Sequence record: SRR2962707_4463 | DNA: 33,089 nucleotides | Reading direction: 5' to 3' (one strand) | Shown here: piece by piece, positions 26,749 through 33,089 of the stretch | How positions within the stretch are numbered: position 1 is the first letter of the stretch | Layout: every line of letters starts with the position of its first letter | Program-made: the position numbers and the translations under genes | The notes under the pieces: model-generated | Database searches by the model: none | Told to the model about the DNA's origin: nothing | Seen by the model: the letters and a program-made list of their open reading frames with translations, nothing else

Positions 26749-27753
26749 TTACCGGCGCCGCTGCAACTGGTCCAGCTTGCCGCCACTGCTGAAATGGGTA
26801 CTCATGGCGTTTTCCCAGCCACCGGCAATCTCTTCGATGGACAGCAGTTTCAGTTCCGGGAAGCGATCGGCATTCTCGGCTTTCACGGCGTCGTTATGAA
26901 CACGGTAGTTGAAGCCTGCCAGCAGGCGCTGGGAGTCTTCGGTATAGAGGTGCTCCAGGTACTCCTTGGCCAGCTCGGCGGTGCCATTCTGTTCAACGTA
27001 GTCGTCAATCCACGTCACCGGGAATTCAGCCAGGAAGCTTACCTTCGGCGTGACAGCCACGTATTCACCGTTCTCGAAACGGTCTGCAATGTTCAGAACC
27101 TCCGACTCGAAGGTCAGCAGGACATCGCCAATGCCGCGCTCAACGAATGTGGTGGTGGCACCACGACCGCCGCTGTCAAAAACGCGTACCTGACCGAGCA
27201 GGTCCGCCATGAACTGATCAATTTTTTCCTGATCGTCGCCAAACTGGTCCTGGGCGTAGCCCAGAGCGGCAAGGTAGGTGTAACGGCCGTTTCCAGAGGT
27301 CTTAGGGTTCGGCATCACCAGTTGAACGTCTTCGCGAACAAGATCGTCCCAGTTCTCGATATTCTTTGGGTTACCCTCGCGTACCAGGAACGCCATGGTT
27401 GAGTAATAAGGCGAGCTGTTGTTCGGCAGGCGATCGGCCCAGTCTTCAGGAATCAGACGACCGCGCTGGTGCAGGATGTCGATGTCGGTCACCTGGTTAA
27501 ACGTTGCAACATCGGCTTTCAGGCCCTGGATAATGGCCTGCGCCTGCTTGGATGAACCTGCGTGGGACTGTTTGATTTCGACCGTTTCGCCGGTCTTTTC
27601 CTGCCAGTGCTTTTTAAACTCTTCGTTGTAGGCGGCGAACAGTTCGCGGGCGATGTCGTAAGAGGTGTTGAGCAGCTCCCGGTCTGCAGCCAGTACCGGT
27701 TGGGCGGAGAGCAGGGCGGCGCCGAGCGCGATTCCCTTGAACAATTGCTTCAT
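26749..27753 (-). CDS. cysP: Thiosulfate/sulfate-binding periplasmic protein
   Basis: Signal peptide; LLNTSYDIARELF, QSHAGSSKQA, TFNQVTD and PNPKTSGNGRY are CysP-type rather than Sbp-type; GGRGATTTF. Confidence 0.9.
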   Translation of the reverse strand: MKQLFKGIALGAALLSAQPVLAADRELLNTSYDIARELFAAYNEEFKKHWQEKTGETVEIKQSHAGSSKQAQAIIQGLKADVATFNQVTDIDILHQRGRLIPEDWADRLPNNSSPYYSTMAFLVREGNPKNIENWDDLVREDVQLVMPNPKTSGNGRYTYLAALGYAQDQFGDDQEKIDQFMADLLGQVRVFDSGGRGATTTFVERGIGDVLLTFESEVLNIADRFENGEYVAVTPKVSFLAEFPVTWIDDYVEQNGTAELAKEYLEHLYTEDSQRLLAGFNYRVHNDAVKAENADRFPELKLLSIEEIAGGWENAMSTHFSSGGKLDQLQRRR

Positions 27754-27791
27754 AACGAGCTCCTCAGAATGATGGTTCTAATCTGAGGAGC

Positions 27792-27860
27792 AATCTAACA
27801 AAAGGTTTTAAGAACGAAAAATATTAAAAATAAATATTGAAAGGCTTGTTTGGTATATGA
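27792..27860 (-). promoter_or_regulatory. AT-rich cysPTWA promoter region (possible extended -10; possible CysB site)
   Basis: Minus strand TGtTAGATT at 27800-27792 resembles an extended -10; A/T-rich tract upstream. CysB control is inferred from other gammaproteobacterial cys operons. Confidence 0.4.
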
Positions 27861-27870
27861 GCATCAGCAA

Positions 27871-28839
27871 TTAATAGCGTAGCAGTGCCGAGCCCCAGGT
27901 GAAGCCGCCGCCAAAGGCCTCCAGCAGAACAACCTGCCCACGCTGGATTCGCCCATCGCGAACGGCTTCATCAAGCGCCAACGGGATGGAGGCCGCCGAG
28001 GTGTTGCCGTGGCGGTTGACGGTTATTACCACCTGATCCATCGGCATGTCCAGTTTGCGGGCCGTGGCTGCGATAATCCGCAGGTTGGCCTGATGAGGAA
28101 CCAGCCAGTCGATCTCGGATTTCTGCATCTGGTTGGCTTCAAGGGTTTCATCGACAATCCGGCCGAGGGTATTCACCGCCACCTTGAAGACTTCGTTGCC
28201 TTTCATTTCCACAAACGCCTGGCCGGCTTTTACAGCCTCAAAATCGTTGGCGATGCCACAGGGGACGTGCAGCAAATCTTCATACCGGCCATCGGCGTGC
28301 AGGTGTGTAGACAGAATGCCGGTCTCCTCACTGGCCTCCAGCACAACGGCGCCGGCGCCGTCGCCAAAAAGCACGCAGGTGGTACGGTCTTCCCAGTTAA
28401 GGATGCGGGAGAACACCTCTGCGCCGATCACCAGCGCCTTTTTGCTTGAACCGGTACGGATGAACTTTTCGGCAGTGGCCAGGGCATAGACGAAACCGCT
28501 GCACACGGCCTGGATATCAAAGGCGGGGCAGCCCTGAATGCCGAGCCGGGCCTGCAGGATACAGGCGCAACTGGGGAAGACCTTGTCCGGCGTAGTGGTG
28601 GCAAACACGATCAGATCAATATCGGTGGTATCGATACCGGCGGCCTCAATGGCGTTCAGGGCCGCTTGCTCAGCAAGATCCACCGTGCTTTGTCCGGGCA
28701 GGGCAATATGCCGCTGTTCGATACCGGTGCGTTCGCGAATCCACTGATCAGAGGTCTCCACCTTCTGTTCCAGGTCGCGATTGGTAACGATGTTGTCCGG
28801 CAGATAGGAACCGGTTCCGGCAATGCGTGCAAAGGTCAT
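27871..28839 (-). CDS. fabH: 3-oxoacyl-ACP synthase III
   Basis: WIRERTGI, catalytic AVCSGF (Cys), [18 protein letters not shown] (His), GNTSAASIP (Asn), AFGGGFTWG. Confidence 0.96.
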   Translation of the reverse strand: MTFARIAGTGSYLPDNIVTNRDLEQKVETSDQWIRERTGIEQRHIALPGQSTVDLAEQAALNAIEAAGIDTTDIDLIVFATTTPDKVFPSCACILQARLGIQGCPAFDIQAVCSGFVYALATAEKFIRTGSSKKALVIGAEVFSRILNWEDRTTCVLFGDGAGAVVLEASEETGILSTHLHADGRYEDLLHVPCGIANDFEAVKAGQAFVEMKGNEVFKVAVNTLGRIVDETLEANQMQKSEIDWLVPHQANLRIIAATARKLDMPMDQVVITVNRHGNTSAASIPLALDEAVRDGRIQRGQVVLLEAFGGGFTWGSALLRY

Positions 28840-28925
28840 GGACAATTTCCAGGGGTTTATAGGGTAACGATAGACCCATGCTAAACCTTTGCAACCGGAT
28901 TGGTTATTAGCGGATTGTCAAAGAC

Positions 28926-28955
28926 TGCCTGGGCGACACATTGGACACCCAGGCA
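28926..28955 (-). terminator. Probable terminator downstream of the alcohol dehydrogenase gene
   Basis: Minus strand TGCCTGGGTG...CGCCCAGGCA stem followed by GTCTTT, starting 12 nt after the stop codon. Confidence 0.5.
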
Positions 28956-28967
28956 TCAGAAGGGAGA

Positions 28968-30023
28968 TCAGCCTTCTTTCAACGTTTTCATATCAATGAC
29001 GAAGCGGTACTTCACATCGCCTTTTTTCATGCGAACGTACGCTTCGTTGATGTTCCGGATATCCAGCATCTCGATATCGCAGGTGATGTCGTGCTCCGCA
29101 CAGAAATCCAGAACCTCCTGGGTTTCCGGCATGCCGCCAATAAGAGAACCGGCTACCACACGGCGTTTGGTCACGAGCAGGCCGGCCTGAAGGGCGGGCT
29201 CAATTGGTGTTAGCAAACCCACGAGAATATGTGTGCCGTCGTACTTCAGGCACTTCAGGTATGGGTTGAGATCGTGGGCCACCGGAATGGTGTCGAGCAG
29301 AAAATCGAAGGAATCTGCGGCGGCTTTCATCTGCTCCTTGTCGGTGGAGATGATGACGTGGTCCGCGCCCTGCTTCTTCGCTTCCGCCACCTTCGCTTCT
29401 GAGCGAGTGAAAATAGTGACTTCGGCGCCCAGCGCTTTGGCAAATTTTACGCCCATGTGGCCGAGGCCACCCATACCTAGCACGCCAACCTTGTGGCCTT
29501 TGCCGACCTTGAAGTGCTTGAGTGGAGAATAGGTGGTGATGCCCGCGCACAGAATGGGAGCCGCACTGGCGGGGTCGAGTTTTTCCGGAACCCGGACCAC
29601 AAAGCGTTCGCTGACAACAATGCGCTCGGAATAGCCGCCGTGGGTGACCGAGCCATCGTGGCGGTCCAGGCTGCCGTAGGTCATGGTGGAGCCTTCAATG
29701 CAGTACTGCTCCAGTCCGGAGTCACAGGCGGAGCAACTGCGACAGCTGTCTACCATGCAGCCCACGCCCACCAGGTCGCCGGCTTTGAAGTGACTGACCT
29801 CTGGCCCAACGGCGGTGACCCGTCCAACAATTTCGTGGCCCGGAATAACCGGATATTTTGATCCCCCCCAATCATTTTCAACGGTGTGGAGGTCACTGTG
29901 GCAGACACCGCAGTAGTCGATCTCGATCGCTACGTCGTCAGCACGGAGTTCCCGGCGATCAATGGCGTAGGGGGCCAGGCCGGAGTCCGGGGCAGTGGCG
30001 GCGTATGCTTTGGTATTGGCCAT
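28968..30023 (-). CDS. Zn-dependent NAD(P)H alcohol dehydrogenase/aldehyde reductase (CAD/YahK-like)
   Basis: CGVCHSD, PGHEIVG, structural Zn CRSCSAC...C, APILCAGITTYSPL, GMGGLGH, GDVKYRFVID; ATG 30023 with AAGGAG RBS. Confidence 0.94.
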   Translation of the reverse strand: MANTKAYAATAPDSGLAPYAIDRRELRADDVAIEIDYCGVCHSDLHTVENDWGGSKYPVIPGHEIVGRVTAVGPEVSHFKAGDLVGVGCMVDSCRSCSACDSGLEQYCIEGSTMTYGSLDRHDGSVTHGGYSERIVVSERFVVRVPEKLDPASAAPILCAGITTYSPLKHFKVGKGHKVGVLGMGGLGHMGVKFAKALGAEVTIFTRSEAKVAEAKKQGADHVIISTDKEQMKAAADSFDFLLDTIPVAHDLNPYLKCLKYDGTHILVGLLTPIEPALQAGLLVTKRRVVAGSLIGGMPETQEVLDFCAEHDITCDIEMLDIRNINEAYVRMKKGDVKYRFVIDMKTLKEG

Positions 30024-30146
30024 TCGTTCACTCCTTTTCAGTTTTAGAACAAGGATCACGGTTCTGTCGCAGCAGGACAGTTACCTTGTGTTACTCAGCA
30101 CAGTTCAATTGTAACCTACGTATTCCACTCCATCAGGGATGACCAG

Positions 30147-30728
30147 ATGACAAACACGCAATCTCTCAAAGCTGTGTGGCTGGCGGGCGCAATCGCGCTG
30201 GGCGCGGGCCTGGTCAGCGGTTGTATGCCGGGTACCATTGCCACCGGCGTTGGCACCGGTTTTGTGTATGAGCAGAAACAGGACCACAAGCACCGCCATG
30301 AAGTGGAGCGGGCGGTGGATCAGTACGTCGAAGACCACGCCAACTCTCCGTGCAGGCACGGGGAAGACCGGGTAATGGAGTCTGCGGCAGAGATTCTCAA
30401 GGAATACCGGTTAACCGGTTTGAACGAAGTGCTGGGCCGACTGGACAAGATCTATCAGGATGAAAGTCAGCCGGATCATATCCGGGCCGGTGCCCTGTAC
30501 AACATGGCGGTGTTGCAGTCGCGCCGCAAGGAACCCAACAAGGTGCTCGCGCGGGAGTACTTCAAGCGCCTGTATGTAGAATTTCCCAACGAGTATCGTT
30601 GCATCTTTGAAGAATCAGACTGGCGGGATTCAATGATTGAACAGCAGTTGCTGCTGCCCGGCGAGACGGTTGAATCCTTCCTGAGAGATGCGAAAGCCGA
30701 TGTGGAGCGCATGAAGCGGCAGGACTGA
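30147..30728 (+). CDS. Hypothetical lipoprotein with a TPR-like helical pair
   Basis: Signal peptide with lipobox LVSGC; GALYNMAVL...AREYFKRLYVEFP resembles a TPR repeat. Confidence 0.65.
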   Translation: MTNTQSLKAVWLAGAIALGAGLVSGCMPGTIATGVGTGFVYEQKQDHKHRHEVERAVDQYVEDHANSPCRHGEDRVMESAAEILKEYRLTGLNEVLGRLDKIYQDESQPDHIRAGALYNMAVLQSRRKEPNKVLAREYFKRLYVEFPNEYRCIFEESDWRDSMIEQQLLLPGETVESFLRDAKADVERMKRQD

Positions 30729-30745
30729 GCCTGCCGCCTTCAATA

Positions 30746-31645
30746 TCAGGCTATCCAGCCGAAGAAGAAATCAAACAGCCAGGAGAAGAAGCCGCCGCTG
30801 CTCTGTGGGCGCGGTTCGGCCTTTGCTTCCTGGTTAGCAACCGGCTTGCTGGCGTTTGCCACTGGCGCATCAACGATCACGGGTTCCGGTTCTTCTTCAA
30901 CAACGAGCGGCTCGTCCGGGCCCGCTGCGGTGGGCTCGGTGGGCAGTTGGGCGATCAGTTCTTCGTTATCGCCAGTGACCACCTCGACAACTTCTGCCGG
31001 CTCCTGGTCTTCGGTGACTGGCGTTTGACCACTTTCGGAAACGGATGAAGAAAGGTCTGTAACACGCTGTTCTTTCAGGTTTTCATTTGGGCCGAGTTCA
31101 AAGTCTTCTGCTGGGACGGATTGCACTGCCGGCTCCACGGCCGCCACCTGATTTTCTCGCGGTTCCGTAGTATCCACGACCTCCGGCTCGACTGTTTCCG
31201 GTTCAGGCTCCTGAACTTCGGGGGCCGGTTCCGGCTTGGGCTTTGGTGCAATAGCGGCAACGGAACGGGCGGGTGACGGGACCTTTGCGGCAAGACCGAG
31301 CTGATCGCGAGCGGCAGACCGGGAAGCCACAGAATTGCTCTGGATCGTCAGGGTCGGAGCCGCCGCCACACCAAGGGATTTGAGGGTGGCTGAATCCAGA
31401 TTTCCACTTGCTGAAAGTTCTGGGCGATCGGACTGGTACTGACGAATGGCCGTGCGCAGTTTGTCGTCTATCCAACCGTCAGCCGTACCGATATCGTAGC
31501 CGGACCCATAGAGCGCATTTTCAGCAGCAAAGACGATGTGAACTGGAGAATTAGCCTGGGCCCAGCCACAGATGGCTATGCTTGAGAAAAGGGCCATGCC
31601 TTGCGCGGTAGTCTTGCAGCGTCCCTGCAACGGTGAGCGTTTCAT
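30746..31645 (-). CDS. Exported peptidoglycan-binding domain protein with acidic linker
   Basis: Signal peptide ending AQA; PG_binding_1-like LYGSGYDIGTADGWIDDKLRTAIRQYQ...SGNLDSATLKSL; long E/P-rich region; aromatic C-terminus; ATG 31645 with GGAGG RBS. Confidence 0.8.
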   Translation of the reverse strand: MKRSPLQGRCKTTAQGMALFSSIAICGWAQANSPVHIVFAAENALYGSGYDIGTADGWIDDKLRTAIRQYQSDRPELSASGNLDSATLKSLGVAAAPTLTIQSNSVASRSAARDQLGLAAKVPSPARSVAAIAPKPKPEPAPEVQEPEPETVEPEVVDTTEPRENQVAAVEPAVQSVPAEDFELGPNENLKEQRVTDLSSSVSESGQTPVTEDQEPAEVVEVVTGDNEELIAQLPTEPTAAGPDEPLVVEEEPEPVIVDAPVANASKPVANQEAKAEPRPQSSGGFFSWLFDFFFGWIA

Positions 31646-31854
31646 GGCGAATCCCTCCAATGGCTCATTGGTATTGTTGTTTACATATTGTTACTGAGCA
31701 TCTTCACCGTATCAGGGATTAATAGTTGCGCCTATGAAGTGGTTAACAAGTTGGCGCAAGGTGCCCGTAGGATGTTGTGGAGGTTGCTGGTATTGTCACA
31801 ATCCATCAGACACAGAACGGGCAGAGCGCCCCCGGTAGTTTTGGCAGGCCAAGC

Positions 31855-32844
31855 ATGCAGAATCTCGATTATCGCGTTATACAGCAGGCCATTGACTGGC
31901 TGGAGCAAGGGCAGACGATCTGGCTGTGCACCGTGCTGTCCACGTTCGGCTCTTCCCCCCGGGAACCCGGAGCGATGATGGTAGCGAAAGCCGACGGAGC
32001 GCATGTGGGGTCATTGTCCGGCGGCTGTGTTGAAGAGGATTTCCTGGATCGACTGGTGCAGGGGGAATATACCTTGCCATCCGTTGTCATTAGATATGGT
32101 GGCGACAGCGAGGAAAACCGCAATCCAAATGTGAAGCTGCCCTGTGGGGGCGCATTGGAAGTACTGGTGGAAAAGCGATCTCCGGAGTCACATTTTGTCG
32201 ATCAGCTGCGGACGCTGCTGCAAGGGCTTTCAAGTGGTGAAGCCCTGGAGCGGGAAGTAGGCCTGGCTGGTGGCAACGTCAGTCTCCACCCTGTCGATGA
32301 TCACGGTAGCCGGGTCATTTGGGAGCAGGGAAGCGAGACCATAAAGATTGTTGTCGCACCCGTCGCACGATTGATTCTGGCCGGATATTCAACGGTAGCG
32401 GATGCCTGCGCCCGGTTTGCTCTGGGCCTGGGTTATGAGGTGGTGCTTTGCGATCCACGGGAAGACATTGCAGGCACCCACAATTTGCCCGAATGTGTCG
32501 AGTTTATTACTCAACTGCCCTCGGTATACCTCGGCAAAGACGGTGCCTGTGCCCCCTCGACGGCCGTAGTGGCCACTACGCACGATCCAAAGATTGATGA
32601 CCTGGCGATGATGGCCGCGGTCAAAACGCCAGCGGGCTATATCGGTGTCATGGGCTCAATGCGCACTTCAAAAGCCCGGGCGGAACGGTTGAAACGCAGT
32701 GGCGGGCTCACTGAGGCCGAGATTCAGCGTATTCATATGCCGGTGGGGCTGGATATCGGCAGCAAGACACCGGCCGAGATTGCCTTGTCGATTATGGCAG
32801 ATGTGGTTCGTGCCCGGCGCCAGCTTTTCCGGGCGGTCAGTTAA
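31855..32844 (+). CDS. XdhC/CoxI family molybdoenzyme accessory protein
   Basis: TVLSTFGSSPREPGAMM, GSLSGGCVEE, LPCGG, THDPKIDD, YIGVMGS, PVGLDIGSKTPAEIALSI; ATG 31855 preferred. Confidence 0.92.
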   Translation: MQNLDYRVIQQAIDWLEQGQTIWLCTVLSTFGSSPREPGAMMVAKADGAHVGSLSGGCVEEDFLDRLVQGEYTLPSVVIRYGGDSEENRNPNVKLPCGGALEVLVEKRSPESHFVDQLRTLLQGLSSGEALEREVGLAGGNVSLHPVDDHGSRVIWEQGSETIKIVVAPVARLILAGYSTVADACARFALGLGYEVVLCDPREDIAGTHNLPECVEFITQLPSVYLGKDGACAPSTAVVATTHDPKIDDLAMMAAVKTPAGYIGVMGSMRTSKARAERLKRSGGLTEAEIQRIHMPVGLDIGSKTPAEIALSIMADVVRARRQLFRAVS

Positions 32845-33089
32845 CGCTCTCGGCTCGCGGGTTTCGAGGGTAGTACCGGTCGGGCAGCCGCTCGATGTGC
32901 GGAAAGAACCGGGTGTCTTTGTAGGGCATTTTCATATACCCGGACACGCCAAGCCCGGTGATCTGCTCCACCGCAGACAGGATCTCGTCCAGCAGCTCCC
33001 GGAATTCTGGTTCCCGCTCGGGGTCCAGCAGCCGGTAATGGCTGTGGATCTTCAGGTGCCGGGGCAGGGCTTCGAAGATGATCATGCCG
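32837..33089 (-). CDS. Hypothetical protein, 3' end only (5'-truncated by window edge)
   Basis: Frame is open to the window edge; protein-like composition (IIFEALPRHLKIHSHYRLLDP...GYMKMPYKDTRFF); 8-bp convergent overlap with the xdhC-like gene. Confidence 0.6.
   Translation of the reverse strand, partial: GMIIFEALPRHLKIHSHYRLLDPEREPEFRELLDEILSAVEQITGLGVSGYMKMPYKDTRFFPHIERLPDRYYPRNPRAESVN

Noticed and set aside
30800-31290. Repetitive-looking DNA in the PG-binding gene as a tandem repeat or CRISPR
   Set aside because: It reflects E/P/V-rich low-complexity coding; there are no regular identical repeats with spacers.
31750-31770. Sigma-54-like TGGCGC...TGC sequence upstream of the xdhC-like gene
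   Set aside because: GG-to-GC spacing does not fit the -24/-12 rule on either strand.

Overview
GC-rich gammaproteobacterial chromosomal segment; gene content and style suggest a Marinobacter-like marine heterotroph (inference). In order it holds: the 3' part of a type II secretion operon (gspE partial, F, G, H, I, J, K, L, M) followed by a GNAT acetyltransferase and glutathione reductase; a minus-strand three-gene unit (TonB-dependent receptor, orphan ABC-type periplasmic binding protein, hybrid histidine kinase) that looks like a trans-envelope sensing module; a J-domain-like membrane protein lacking HPD; a GntR/FadR regulator with a bile acid:sodium symporter-family transporter; a Baeyer-Villiger-type flavin monooxygenase; a LysR regulator divergent from a DabBA (NuoL-like plus DUF2309) inorganic-carbon pump; the cysPTWA sulfate/thiosulfate ABC operon; a stand-alone fabH; a Zn alcohol dehydrogenase; an unknown lipoprotein; a peptidoglycan-binding protein; an XdhC-family protein; and a truncated unknown gene. 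I saw no rRNA, tRNA, CRISPR array or mobile element. The best candidates for little-described biology are the receptor/binding-protein/kinase module, the LysR-controlled DAB pump in a probable heterotroph, and a hairpin covering the cysP ribosome-binding site.
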